A stretch of 51,923 nt of DNA from a virus (taxonomy: Duplodnaviria; Caudoviricetes): positions 1 to 51,923 of the IMG/VR virus record IMGVR_UViG_3300017996_000002; one strand, given 5' to 3'. Within the stretch, counting starts at the first letter, position 1. The number at the start of each line of letters is the position of its first letter. The notes under the pieces are model-generated. The model saw only the letters and a list, made by a program, of their open reading frames with translations, did not search any database and was not told the origin of the DNA. Of this stretch, positions 34,888 to 44,622 are shown piece after piece. The position numbers and the translations under genes were made by a program.

Positions 34888-35390
34888 TTGCTCAACTCAA
34901 AGTCGGGCGCTCGCGCCATCTTACCCGAATCCGTGAGCCCTTTGTTGAACCCCTTAATGGCGACGGTGAAAGGCGCGTTGTCCGCGGGCCACCGTTGAAT
35001 AGCGGCCTCAAGATCATCCCGCATTTGCTGCCCGAGCGCGCGCAACGCCATTTCGCCGTTGAAGTTGTAATGCTTCAAGGACGGCCCGAGCGCCGCGCCC
35101 CAAGCCTTAGATTCGGCTGCGATCGTGGTACGGAAGAACGGCCGAGGCGGCGCGCGCTTCGTCCCAAACTCATTCCAAAATGCAGCTTGAGCGATATTGA
35201 GGGCCGGCGTAACGGTCGGCTTCGCATTGCTACCGACGTGCTTTAGAAATCGCGCGTTCGTCGTCTCGGGGTACTTCGCGCCTTCGAGGAACCCGACGCG
35301 AAGTACGCCGCCGGAGGACAGCTTATGCTCGATAGCCTGTAGAGCGATCGTTACCTTTTTGAAGTCCGGCCCCGAGCGTCGCACGGCCAT
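34884..35390 (-). CDS. Tail completion / neck protein
   Basis: LRVGFLEGAKYP...NEFGT...PPRPFFR...KGFNKGL.DSG. Confidence 0.8.
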   Translation of the reverse strand: MAVRRSGPDFKKVTIALQAIEHKLSSGGVLRVGFLEGAKYPETTNARFLKHVGSNAKPTVTPALNIAQAAFWNEFGTKRAPPRPFFRTTIAAESKAWGAALGPSLKHYNFNGEMALRALGQQMRDDLEAAIQRWPADNAPFTVAIKGFNKGLTDSGKMARAPDFELSK

Positions 35391-35391
35391 A

Positions 35392-35889
35392 TCATACGTC
35401 CCAACCGGGGCCGAAAGGGGATGGCAAAGGGCTGTAGTCCGCGCCGGGCGCCGGGATGTAAATCATGGTGCGATATCGGGCCGTCAAAGCCCAATACTGC
35501 GCGCCGTATTTCGTCTGAATGCAATACGCTAGGCTTGCATTCGGGGGCGCCTCGAACTGCGCCGATACGTTTACGGATCCCTCGGCGGCCGCGTCAATGC
35601 GGCCGACGATCCCGACCGGCGGTTGCACATTGCCAGCGCCGTCGTTGGAGCCGTTCGAAAGTAACGTCATGTGAGCGACGAGCAAGAATAGCAGCGCTTG
35701 CCGCTGGTTCGCGTCGCGCACGCGCGAGCCGCACGAGTTGTTGAGCGATAGCGTAGCAAGAGCAAAATTCTGGATCATCGGAGCATTTTGGATGCCCGTA
35801 AATTCCGGGTACGCCGCCACGAACTCAGCCGGCGTGAATGTCACTATGCCGAATGTGGGGGGTGTCGGCGCACACGGAATTACGGCCAT
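35392..35889 (-). CDS. Head-tail adaptor (DUF4054)
   Basis: F..AYPEF...LLFLLVAH...VGRI..A.EGSV.VS...QTKYGAQYW. Confidence 0.85.
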   Translation of the reverse strand: MAVIPCAPTPPTFGIVTFTPAEFVAAYPEFTGIQNAPMIQNFALATLSLNNSCGSRVRDANQRQALLFLLVAHMTLLSNGSNDGAGNVQPPVGIVGRIDAAAEGSVNVSAQFEAPPNASLAYCIQTKYGAQYWALTARYRTMIYIPAPGADYSPLPSPFGPGWDV

Positions 35890-35895
35890 GTCGAT

Positions 35896-36363
35896 TTACT
35901 CCAAATCGGGATCGAACTTGACCACGCCGGGCGTCTTCAATTTCGACGGGTCGGCGGGCTCGAAGCTCGTCGGAACCTTGACCGCGTCGACGCCTTGGGC
36001 TCGCACGCCAGCCTCGTCCTTATACTCGAACAACTGGCCCGCAAGACGCTTGACCATTTGAGGGTGCGCCTTTTTCCACGCGTCCCAAAAATCCTTTGAT
36101 ACCTGAGTGATACCTACGGACGGGGCAAGCTGCGCCGGCAAAAACAAGCCCGCGGCGTACGCCTTGCGCGACCCATCGGCATGCGATGATCCGCGGATCT
36201 GCACCCGCGCATAATTCGCCATTTTTTGGACGCTCGTATAATCGCGCGCATTCGGGCCGTCGCCGTCTTTCTTCACGACTTCGTAGCCGAGTTCCAATAT
36301 CAAACCGTGGGGGAGTTTGCACCCTATCGTCACCATTTCGCTACTCATTTGCTTAAGCTCCAA
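35896..36363 (-). CDS. Virion-associated protein
   Basis: VTIGCKLPHGL.L...GITQVSKDFWDAW, typical of the gene after the capsid in this phage group. The start may be 36348. Confidence 0.7.
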   Translation of the reverse strand: MELKQMSSEMVTIGCKLPHGLILELGYEVVKKDGDGPNARDYTSVQKMANYARVQIRGSSHADGSRKAYAAGLFLPAQLAPSVGITQVSKDFWDAWKKAHPQMVKRLAGQLFEYKDEAGVRAQGVDAVKVPTSFEPADPSKLKTPGVVKFDPDLE

Positions 36364-36898
36364 AAAAGGCCGAGGTTGAAATTATCGCTAAGTTGCCGGG
36401 GGGTCCATTACTAGAGACAACCCACGGTGTTAACTCGCAACCCGCCGCCGGGCCGCTCACTGCACTACCATCCAAGAGTGAAGCATACACGGGCTCGCCT
36501 GTATATGCACCGCCAGCGAAGCGGACCCAAAACGGGCCGCTCGCGATCAAGTTTACGCCGAGCCCTTGGCGCACGCGGAATGCGCGAGCGACAGAGTCCC
36601 AAGTCTGCCAAGTCCATCCGTAGCCGACCACGTCCGCCCCGCTCGAACTGCGGAAGGGCTTCACAATGCCGATCGTATCGCCGGGCGCGAGGCGCGTATT
36701 GCGCACGAGTCCGTCGGCGCCAGCCCATCCGAACCGGCCTTGTAACGTGCCGCCCGGCGCCGCGCGCAGCGCGCCGGGGGACGCAAGTACGGACGGCACG
36801 GGGTTATAGAACGTGGGCGCGAGCGAGCGATCTACGGGGGCGGATACGAACGCGCCCTCAAACGGATATCCGTTGAGGGCGCCTGAATTGCCGAACAT
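36353..36898 (-). CDS. Second head decoration/cement-like protein
   Basis: GRFGWA...VNLIASGPFWVRF...VYASLLDG...AIIS parallels 37985..39154. Confidence 0.65.
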   Translation of the reverse strand: MFGNSGALNGYPFEGAFVSAPVDRSLAPTFYNPVPSVLASPGALRAAPGGTLQGRFGWAGADGLVRNTRLAPGDTIGIVKPFRSSSGADVVGYGWTWQTWDSVARAFRVRQGLGVNLIASGPFWVRFAGGAYTGEPVYASLLDGSAVSGPAAGCELTPWVVSSNGPPGNLAIISTSAFFGA

Positions 36899-36907
36899 GA
36901 GAGCGCC

Positions 36908-37942
36908 TTACGCGCCGTACATGGACGCGATACCAACGGGGCGATAGATAATCGTACCCCAAGTACCCTGACTCTTTTTCTGTTCCCATGAAGTTGTCTT
37001 CGCGACGATCGCATGCGAGCGCATTTTTTCAGTGAATGCGGATTCGCAAGTATTCTGGCCCTCGACCGGACCGGCGATCAACTGAACCAATTCGAGACCG
37101 GCCGCGACGTTGCCGCCGCCGTTGATCGCGAACTCGGGCACAGTGACGAATTTCATGTTCGGGAAGTTCGTCAAAAGCTGAGTCATGACATTGACGTTGT
37201 ACAGGTTCGTGTTGTTGAAATTCGTTTTGTTCCCCGGGCTGATTCCCATTGTCATGGGGTGCTCGACGTCGATCAAACCGTTGTACTGTGCGATCAACTG
37301 TTGCACGAGCCGCAATACGTCGCCGTAAATGACCGACGCGCTGGCGCCGAACCATGAGGACGTCGGCGCAATCGGGGCCGGCAAGCTCGGATCATTCGTT
37401 CCGCCGTACGACTGCAAACCGGCCACGCCGTACAGGTAGAAGTAATTCTCTTGCTTCTTGAGCGCGAGCACCGAGCCCATGTTGACTTGATTGGCCCAAT
37501 CGATTTTCGACGCCGCGGCGCGTTCCACTTGACGCTCGCCCCAACGGGTATTCGTCTGGTAATGGTAGCTTTGACGCTGCGGATAGTTGATGTTCGCATT
37601 CGACACACCATCCTGCGAGAAGTCGTCATATGACGCCGTTTCGCCGGTTCGTTCCGCCATCAGGAAAAGCGCGGTGTCATCGATCCATGTTCCCTTTTTC
37701 GTCTCGCCGTAGAGTTCCGCGGCCTTCGTCGGCGCAACGGCAACTTCGATGATTTTCGGGTCTACGAAAGTAGTGAACAGCGAGGGCACGCCGGCATTGG
37801 CCGCCGTGACGAGGCCGGGCTGCGCGTCCCATGCCACACTGTGATCCATGAACTTGAGGCCGGTAGCTTCTTGAGCCAGCCCTTTCATGAAATGGATACC
37901 CCAATCTGAGGCAAGCAACTTGTGGTCGAGTGCAATTCGCAT
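36908..37942 (-). CDS. Major capsid protein (DUF2184)
   Basis: TTFVDPKII, GETKKGTW, RQSYHYQT..RWGE, NDPSLPA, FTEKMRSH, QKKSQGTWG.IIYRP. Confidence 0.92.
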   Translation of the reverse strand: MRIALDHKLLASDWGIHFMKGLAQEATGLKFMDHSVAWDAQPGLVTAANAGVPSLFTTFVDPKIIEVAVAPTKAAELYGETKKGTWIDDTALFLMAERTGETASYDDFSQDGVSNANINYPQRQSYHYQTNTRWGERQVERAAASKIDWANQVNMGSVLALKKQENYFYLYGVAGLQSYGGTNDPSLPAPIAPTSSWFGASASVIYGDVLRLVQQLIAQYNGLIDVEHPMTMGISPGNKTNFNNTNLYNVNVMTQLLTNFPNMKFVTVPEFAINGGGNVAAGLELVQLIAGPVEGQNTCESAFTEKMRSHAIVAKTTSWEQKKSQGTWGTIIYRPVGIASMYGA

Positions 37943-37984
37943 TTTCGTGATTCCTGTCTAAAAACCTGTTGAGCCGTTGTTACC

Positions 37985-39154
37985 TTACGAGACCGAGGCC
38001 GAAATCTTCGCGATCTCGTTCGCGCCGCAATTGCTCGCGACGGTGAATTGAGTCAATACCGCGGTACCCGCAACGGTGATTGTCCCGCCCGTGTAATTCT
38101 GTGGGGTGCTGATTCCGTAAACGCCCGTGCCGCCCGCGCTGTCCGAAGTCGTGAAAGCCACGCCCGCAGCCGTCACAAGAGACGCCGCGCTCAGTACGTA
38201 AGTACCGACGCCGCCGGGGGTTCCGCTCGTCTGAGACGCAATCGTAGTGCCCGGAGTGAAGGCGCCGCCGTTGCTCGGCAATGCCGCGCCCACGGACAGT
38301 AAGGACGTTCCCGGAGTGACCGCAGTCACAACGAGAGCGGTCGAGGTTGCCAGCGTGGCGACGCCCGAGAATGGAGTTTGCTGCAAGCCGATCGAAGCCG
38401 GCGAAGTGGCGCCCGTGAAAGCGTCGCCGAACTCGAACGCACCCGCGGCGACTGCCGTGATGTACGCAAGGGCTGATACGCTCGTGACCGCGCCCGAGAG
38501 TGTGCCGGTAGCCGCCGCGCTCATTTGATACGTGCCGAGCAAGCCGGCGCCAGAGCCGGCGGTAACGGTCAACTGCGCAACAATCGTTGTGCCGGCCGGA
38601 ATGTTCGAGGCCGAAATCACGTCGCCAACGGACAACACGCCGTCGGTCGCCGTTCCAATGGTCAACGTGGTGCCGGCTGCAACCGACGCAGTGCCGACGC
38701 CGGTAAATCCGATCGTAGCCGTACCGCTCGCGAGGGCGGGCGCGCTGGCGGCCGAGATCGGCAAGCCGGTGTTCGGGTCCGCGTAAACCTTCTGCCCCGC
38801 GGTTGCGCCAGCGGGGAAGCGCGCCCAAAAGTCACCGCCGCTGAAAAGATTGATCATGAAGCCGCGCGGTACGACGAGCGTATATTCACCCAAGAATTGG
38901 GTGATCAAGGCTTGTTCATTGCGGCCCAAAAAGCCGATCTGATACCCGACCACGTACGACTGCGATACGGCGCCGTCGGCCGGGTTCACGAAAGCGAACC
39001 GACCGACAGCTACGCCACTGGCGGGCGCGACGAGAGTTCCGCCGCCTTGTCCCGGGGGGCCGCCCGCGAGGATGGACGAAAACGGATTCATTGAGGCGAA
39101 ATCGCCTTCAACGCCCGGAGCCGGATACAGATTGACAACTTTTTGAAAGCCCAT
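37985..39154 (-). CDS. Head decoration/cement protein with beta-rich insertion
   Basis: FQK.VNLYPAPGVEGDFAS.NP, VGRFAF, GDFWARF, C-terminal EIAKIS. Confidence 0.8.
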   Translation of the reverse strand: MGFQKVVNLYPAPGVEGDFASMNPFSSILAGGPPGQGGGTLVAPASGVAVGRFAFVNPADGAVSQSYVVGYQIGFLGRNEQALITQFLGEYTLVVPRGFMINLFSGGDFWARFPAGATAGQKVYADPNTGLPISAASAPALASGTATIGFTGVGTASVAAGTTLTIGTATDGVLSVGDVISASNIPAGTTIVAQLTVTAGSGAGLLGTYQMSAAATGTLSGAVTSVSALAYITAVAAGAFEFGDAFTGATSPASIGLQQTPFSGVATLATSTALVVTAVTPGTSLLSVGAALPSNGGAFTPGTTIASQTSGTPGGVGTYVLSAASLVTAAGVAFTTSDSAGGTGVYGISTPQNYTGGTITVAGTAVLTQFTVASNCGANEIAKISASVS

Positions 39155-39188
39155 GTTACTAATTCCTGTCTATTGAACCGTTGACCAA

Positions 39189-39857
39189 TTACTTGCGGAG
39201 CCGGGTCAACCCGGGGATGTTCTTGACCATGTCGGCAGCCGCGGCGCTATCGCCGACAATCGCAGACGAGGCAGACGAGGCCGAGGCTTTGTCCTTTGCC
39301 ATCGCGAGCATTGCCGGGAACGCCGAAGCGTGCACGCCGTCGGTCGCGACGCCGAGCTTGTCAAGCGCGGCCTTGTAATACAGATCGGCCGAATCGTACG
39401 AGACGACGCCGAGAATACTTTCGACTTCACGAGCGGCGACGTGTTTCGCGTCGTTCGCGGCGATCAGGGCTGCGACCGAGGCCGCGTCCATTGCTTTGTC
39501 CTTGCCGCCCTCTTTGACATTCGTCTCGGCGGGTTTCTTGGCGCCGCCTACCGGGGGCTCGGGAAGTTCGTCAACGCCTTCCGGGTCGAGTTCTTCGTCT
39601 TCGGCTTTCCATTCCGCGTCGCGCGCCTTGTCTTCGGCTTCGCGCTTTTCGTCGCGCGCCTTCTTGTCGGCGGCTCGCTTGGAATCGCGCGCCTTCTTGT
39701 CCTCAGCCTTCTTTTCGGCGGCTGCGGATTCCGACTCGTCGCGCGCCTTCTTATCGGCCGCGATCAGCTTGTCGAGTTCGGCGGTAACTTTGGGAAGCAC
39801 GGCGGCGTCGGTCGCGAGGAATGGCGAGACGGCGGCTAAAATGGCGGAAAGTTTCAT
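39189..39857 (-). CDS. Scaffolding-like protein
   Basis: Charged ADKKARD repeats, KAMDAA, YDSA..YYKAALD.LGV...VH.SA. Confidence 0.7.
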   Translation of the reverse strand: MKLSAILAAVSPFLATDAAVLPKVTAELDKLIAADKKARDESESAAAEKKAEDKKARDSKRAADKKARDEKREAEDKARDAEWKAEDEELDPEGVDELPEPPVGGAKKPAETNVKEGGKDKAMDAASVAALIAANDAKHVAAREVESILGVVSYDSADLYYKAALDKLGVATDGVHASAFPAMLAMAKDKASASSASSAIVGDSAAAADMVKNIPGLTRLRK

Positions 39858-39928
39858 AGTCGGATTCCGTTAGATAAATTTGAAAACTGAGACGTGCATC
39901 ACGTATGGAACCGAATTATGCCCGTGTG

Positions 39929-40792
39929 CTATCGGAATTGCAACAACTGCGCATCGGCAACCATTACGTCGGAACCCGCGCGGCCGGCTTCGACCAAAGC
40001 TATATGGTTCGCGATTAGCGATCGCATGATCCCGTCAAACTTGGAGCCATCTGGCGCCGTGCCTGGCGTCATATCAGCTTTGTACCGATACCCGCACGAA
40101 ATCTCGCGCTTCGTCTCGTCCTCAATGCCTTTGATTGCCTCTCCGTCCCATACGGCGATGTCCGCCTTGAGATACGGCGCCTCGAAGCGCACGTTCGAGA
40201 CCGTGCCGGCGATGTAATATTTTTGCGGAGCGCCAGCGCTGACCGCGATATGCGTAACCATCAAAGGCTTATTTTCGTACGTTGGCGCCGCCGCGGCGAG
40301 TTCCGCCGGATCGCGGTAGAGCATGTACGTTTTCAGCGGGTCGAGTCCGAGCGCGATAGAGTCCGGAATCTCGGAGCCGAGATAGGGGCACACATTCGCT
40401 TTCGATATGTTGACGTTCTCGACGTGCAAATGTTGGTCGAGATCTGAGCGGCGCATCGAGCGGTCAAACGCGAACACAACTCGACGCGTCGAGCGGTCGA
40501 GCGCGAGAGACGCGGGGGGCGCGGAATCGGTCGCGGAACAATCGGCCTCGACTTCGATCTCGTCCTCGTCGCCCGCGTGCGTATGCTGAATCTTAGCGAC
40601 TTGGGCGCGCGTCAGGCGTTCGCAATCGTCCGCCTCGACGTCTATCTCGGCGTCCTCGACTTCGATCTCGTCCTCGCCGCGCGCCTTACGATAAGCAGCC
40701 GCCTTCGCTTGGTCCGGCGGGTGTCCGGCCCTAATCATTTCCGCGATATTGTGGGAAATAGTCTCTTGACTAGACCCGGCTTTAAGTGGCAT
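39929..40792 (-). CDS. Prohead protease (DUF2213)
   Basis: ISKANVCPYLG.EIP, YRDPAEL, EISCGYRY, NHIALVEAGRAGSDV.VAD. Confidence 0.88.
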   Translation of the reverse strand: MPLKAGSSQETISHNIAEMIRAGHPPDQAKAAAYRKARGEDEIEVEDAEIDVEADDCERLTRAQVAKIQHTHAGDEDEIEVEADCSATDSAPPASLALDRSTRRVVFAFDRSMRRSDLDQHLHVENVNISKANVCPYLGSEIPDSIALGLDPLKTYMLYRDPAELAAAAPTYENKPLMVTHIAVSAGAPQKYYIAGTVSNVRFEAPYLKADIAVWDGEAIKGIEDETKREISCGYRYKADMTPGTAPDGSKFDGIMRSLIANHIALVEAGRAGSDVMVADAQLLQFR

Positions 40793-40798
40793 GCGGTC

Positions 40799-40827
40799 AT
40801 AATACCGGACGCCGGCCGGGTTGTCAT
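40799..40827 (-). promoter_or_regulatory. Sigma70-like promoter giving a leaderless protease mRNA
   Basis: ATGACA-17-TATTAT, then 6 nt, then the ATG at 40792. Confidence 0.55.
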
Positions 40828-41789
40828 CTGGCCCGAGCCAGGGCCGATTCCAGCAAGCCCCGAGGTCGGGACGCTTTCGCACGTGCTACGGCCTCGGCGA
40901 CGTTATCGACCGCGGGAAGCACGGCCTTGCTCGTGCATCGGCAATTTATCAACTCGCCAGGCAATACATATGCGCCCTCGTCACTATCCCACATGCCCGC
41001 GCTGATCAGGTAGGCTTTGCCGTCCATCTTAACGTGCGTCTTACGCGGAACCTTACCGCCGGCCGAGTGCATCCATATCGCATGCGTTACACCGATCTCT
41101 TGCCGGCGGGTGCGTTCGATGGTCGCCTTCGCTTTCGCGTTCTGATCGCCGGCAATGAGCGCCGCGCGCTCGCGCGTGATCCCGTACGTTTCGCGTAGGT
41201 CGACAGACAGCGCGTGCATGTCGCCGCCTTTCATGACGGACGCCCATACTTTCGTCTGTACATCCTTGAGGTATTGCGCCGGTATCGAGCGAATCAGGTT
41301 CACTTGTTCGGCAGCCACGGCTTGATAGGCCGCGATGCTTCCCGGCGTCGGATCGAACTTCACGGTAAAACCCGCGTCCTTAAACGCCGCCTTCATTTGG
41401 ATTTGAGTCACGCCGAACGCTTTACGGGCGAACTTACGCGATAGCTCAAGGCTGAGTTTTTCAATTTTCAGCGTCCACTTTTTGCCGATGCGGGTAAGCG
41501 CCCGACGAATGAATAGCGACGAGTTCGGCGGGTCCGCATCCGTCGCCATGTCAGGATACCAGCAAGCAAAATTACCGGCGGCGTCGACACGCAGCGGGTG
41601 AAATACACTTCGGGTATCGTGCGCAAATTCGGCGGGCTCGATAGCCGAATAAGCGCCGAGCACAGCGGCCCGCACGTCCTCATGCATGACATTGACGAAG
41701 GCGATCATCTCGGCCTCGTACCAACGCCGTACCCCGACATTTGGGTGTATGGCGCGGACAGTTACCGGCTTATCCTTGTTTGGGCGCAT
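40824..41789 (-). CDS. Head morphogenesis protein (Mu gpF / SPP1 gp7-like)
   Basis: LIRSIP.QY, RAALIA.DQ..KA, W.HS...PRKTH...DGK, LPGELINCRC. Confidence 0.9.
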   Translation of the reverse strand: MRPNKDKPVTVRAIHPNVGVRRWYEAEMIAFVNVMHEDVRAAVLGAYSAIEPAEFAHDTRSVFHPLRVDAAGNFACWYPDMATDADPPNSSLFIRRALTRIGKKWTLKIEKLSLELSRKFARKAFGVTQIQMKAAFKDAGFTVKFDPTPGSIAAYQAVAAEQVNLIRSIPAQYLKDVQTKVWASVMKGGDMHALSVDLRETYGITRERAALIAGDQNAKAKATIERTRRQEIGVTHAIWMHSAGGKVPRKTHVKMDGKAYLISAGMWDSDEGAYVLPGELINCRCTSKAVLPAVDNVAEAVARAKASRPRGLLESALARAR

Positions 41790-42495
41790 CGGTAATTACG
41801 TGTTGATGCGGAGTGAATGACTCGAACAACTTCTTAAGATGCGCGACGTGTTCGGTGCGGCTGTCCAGATCGGCGCCCGCGTGTGCGTTGATTGGCGGCC
41901 GGTCATCGGTGAGCTTATCGCATTCCCATGCGTCGAGGATGATTCCCGCGCAGCAAATAATACTCGCAAGATGGGGAACTAGCGTTCCCTGCAGCTCGCC
42001 CTCGGCGTCCAGGCCGAGCATGTCGCCGTCGCACCACTCACCCTCTTGCAGTCGCGCCATGTGGCGATAAATCGCGTCGAGGTAAATCGAAATACGCACG
42101 CCCGCGCGCCGCCAGTTGTATTTGCCGTACTTCAAGGCGCCCTCGGTAAAGCCGAGCGCGGCGTATCGCATGACGGCCGTGGGTACTAGATGCATGGAAA
42201 GCTTCCCGGCGCCTACAGCGTCCTTGGGATTCGTGGGCTTCGTGATCGTTCCGGTAAATACGGGCTGCGCGAGCGGCGCAGATAAAGGACAGTCTTTATC
42301 GTGATTCACCGCGGCGCCTAAAGGGCCGCACGAACAACAGCATAAAAATGCGTCGACTTTTTGCGGCGCCGGCACGGGCTCGGCCGGCGGCTTCATATCG
42401 AGCGACCCGCAATTCAGGCAGAATTTGCCGCTGGCGTCCGCGGTGTGCCCATGCACCACGCAATACCGGCTGATCGAATCCGTTTGTGTGCTCAC
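41770..42495 (-). CDS. dATP/dGTP diphosphohydrolase (DUF5664-like) with N-terminal Cys-rich region
   Basis: NPKDAVGAGKLSMHLVP...GALKYGKYNWR..GV..SIYLDAIYRH...HLA..ICCAGIILDA...LTDDRP. Confidence 0.82.
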   Translation of the reverse strand: MSTQTDSISRYCVVHGHTADASGKFCLNCGSLDMKPPAEPVPAPQKVDAFLCCCSCGPLGAAVNHDKDCPLSAPLAQPVFTGTITKPTNPKDAVGAGKLSMHLVPTAVMRYAALGFTEGALKYGKYNWRRAGVRISIYLDAIYRHMARLQEGEWCDGDMLGLDAEGELQGTLVPHLASIICCAGIILDAWECDKLTDDRPPINAHAGADLDSRTEHVAHLKKLFESFTPHQHVITDAPKQG

Positions 42496-42496
42496 C

Positions 42497-44113
42497 TTAA
42501 TCCCTCCTATGTCGACCATTTACGATCGTAAAAAGCTGGCGCTTACCGCCTGGGTATATGAGCCCGTCCGTGTGCATCCATGACGAGGGCGAACCCTTTG
42601 CGTAAGGTTGATCAGTCTTCGCGTTGTGACCGACTTGCATACAGCCTTCGTTGATTCCCGGCCCGTGGCCGTGCCCAATCATAGTCTTTTCGCCGATGCG
42701 GCGCATATTCTTAATACTGCCCTTCGAACCATTCGGTCCTTTGTGCCCGTGATATCCGCATTGGATACCTTCAATTATGAGCGACTCGCCGAGCGCGAGC
42801 GCCCGCAGATTCTTTTGCTTGCGCGCCGTGATCAAGAACGGAAACGGGGACGGGTACGAGGGCATACCGTCGACCAACATAGCGCCGTCAACCATAAACT
42901 TAGCGCACCGCAGATAGAAGGCGCGGTTTTTTGTTGCCAGTTTTTTCCAGTCTTTATCTCGCACCCACTGGCGCAAAAAATCGTCGTGATTACACGCGAC
43001 CACGAACGACATTGCCCACGGCGGCGTACGCGTGCCGGCGTAACTGATCGAGAATTTTACTTCCGCCTCGACGTCGTCCATATCCTCGGTAGCTAGGGCT
43101 TGCTCGGCGAACGGGTCGCGGTCCTCATGCGGATTGTGGCTTTGCCCGTCGTCCAAGTCGTGCCACACGAGGCGCCGCGGTCGGTATCGTTCAACTACGC
43201 CCTTGGGTCCGAATGTAGCGACGTCCACGACGGGATCGGCAACCCGGGCGTGAGTATCCCCGAGCACGAGCGCCGCCGGCCTCGGGGCTTTACGGACACC
43301 CGAGGGCGTGAATTTTTTGTCGAAATCGATAAACTCGCCGCGCGAGTTCATATTCAAATGCCGAAGCCAAAAGTACGGCCCTTCGATTTCGACGAGCACG
43401 GCGCCGACCGTATGGTGAAAATCGCCGAGCTTACCCACGCGCGAGCGCGTGTAGTTCTTTTTCGTGATCGCGCCCGTGGTCGTGAGCGCCGCGGCCATCT
43501 TATGCCCGGGCGTCGCTACAGTCTTAAATTGCAACTTCGTGTGTCCGACGATTTTCGACTTCGCGCCAAAGCCTTCAAGGCCGTTGATGGGCTCCGAGGC
43601 CGTCGGGATAATATTTATATCCGCCAAAAACTCAAGGTTTTTGTTGAGCGAACGGCGGACGTTCCATAGATACGGCATGACACGCTCGTCCCACCATTGG
43701 CTCGATTCGTCCCGCGCCGACCATATCGACGTTGGATTGCGGTAGCTCAAGGGCTGGATCAGAAGTTCAGCGTTGAAATGCTTTACGGCATGCATGAGCG
43801 ACGCCCACGCGGCCGGGATAACCGGCGTAGCGTTCTGAGCCGCCGTGATGATAAACGTGGTGCAGTCGGGCCGCAATTCGCGCGTGAAAACGGGGAATTG
43901 TTCCTCGACTACATCGCCGCCGCCGCGCTGCGTTCGAACCTTCGCGCTTTTCGGATTCGTGGTCGAGTAACAATACGATTTTTCGGTGACGCCGGTGCTT
44001 TTCGTCCCGGTCTCTTTAACGCACGCCCAACGCTGGCGGCCGTTTGCGGCGTGCCCATTGCGCAACATGAGCCCGCCGCAGCGAGGGCATTTATACTCAC
44101 CGGATTTTTTCAC
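42497..44113 (-). CDS. T5 A1-like metallophosphoesterase/nuclease with N-terminal zinc ribbon
   Basis: FIITAAQNAT, INIIPTA..PI.G, TTGAITKKNY, HHTVGAVLVE, LGDTH, HDLDD, NHD, HGHKGPNGSKG, GHGH and SSW.HT...IY..GKR are co-linear with T5 A1 as I recall it. Confidence 0.82.
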   Translation of the reverse strand: MKKSGEYKCPRCGGLMLRNGHAANGRQRWACVKETGTKSTGVTEKSYCYSTTNPKSAKVRTQRGGGDVVEEQFPVFTRELRPDCTTFIITAAQNATPVIPAAWASLMHAVKHFNAELLIQPLSYRNPTSIWSARDESSQWWDERVMPYLWNVRRSLNKNLEFLADINIIPTASEPINGLEGFGAKSKIVGHTKLQFKTVATPGHKMAAALTTTGAITKKNYTRSRVGKLGDFHHTVGAVLVEIEGPYFWLRHLNMNSRGEFIDFDKKFTPSGVRKAPRPAALVLGDTHARVADPVVDVATFGPKGVVERYRPRRLVWHDLDDGQSHNPHEDRDPFAEQALATEDMDDVEAEVKFSISYAGTRTPPWAMSFVVACNHDDFLRQWVRDKDWKKLATKNRAFYLRCAKFMVDGAMLVDGMPSYPSPFPFLITARKQKNLRALALGESLIIEGIQCGYHGHKGPNGSKGSIKNMRRIGEKTMIGHGHGPGINEGCMQVGHNAKTDQPYAKGSPSSWMHTDGLIYPGGKRQLFTIVNGRHRRD

Positions 44114-44304
44114 TTGGGCTTGACCCGGGCGCCACGGGCGAAGCGCGCGGGCTCGTCCGGCACGGATTTAAGCGGGGCATCGACTGTCCGGCGTATGCTG
44201 GCGACAGCGCGCTTGTACGTCGGCGAATACTCGTCGACCGTCTGGCGCATGGATTGCTTGCGAGGTTTATTGATCAAGGTAAATCGCTCCAAGTAGGCAG
44301 ACAT
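44110..44304 (-). CDS. Small basic hypothetical protein (64 aa)
   Basis: Its stop overlaps the start of the A1-like gene. Confidence 0.5.
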   Translation of the reverse strand: MSAYLERFTLINKPRKQSMRQTVDEYSPTYKRAVASIRRTVDAPLKSVPDEPARFARGARVKPK

Positions 44305-44355
44305 AGGAAAGGATCGACAACGCGACGATAGCCATTATGAACCGCTCCGAGGATT

Positions 44356-44622
44356 TCATCGCTTGCGGTACTTCCACATAAAGAACAACCACGCCGCATT
44401 ACCGGCAACGATGCAAAGGCCGCCGGCAAAACTTAGCCATTGGGCCAAGTGGGGATAATAGTACAGATTCCAGAATCCCCAAAGGGTCATCGCCGCCGTT
44501 GCGAATTTGGACACACCGCGGGCTTGTTTGTCTTTCATGATCGCGCGTACGTGCATCCAAATGGATGCCCCGCCTAAGAATTCAAACGCTCCATTAACCG
44601 CGTCGGGTATCTGTACGATCAT
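44356..44622 (-). CDS. Small 3-TM membrane protein, SemiSWEET/PQ-loop-like
   Basis: 88 aa with three hydrophobic helices and an I.KDKQARGVS loop; there is no literal PQ. Confidence 0.6.
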   Translation of the reverse strand: MIVQIPDAVNGAFEFLGGASIWMHVRAIMKDKQARGVSKFATAAMTLWGFWNLYYYPHLAQWLSFAGGLCIVAGNAAWLFFMWKYRKR

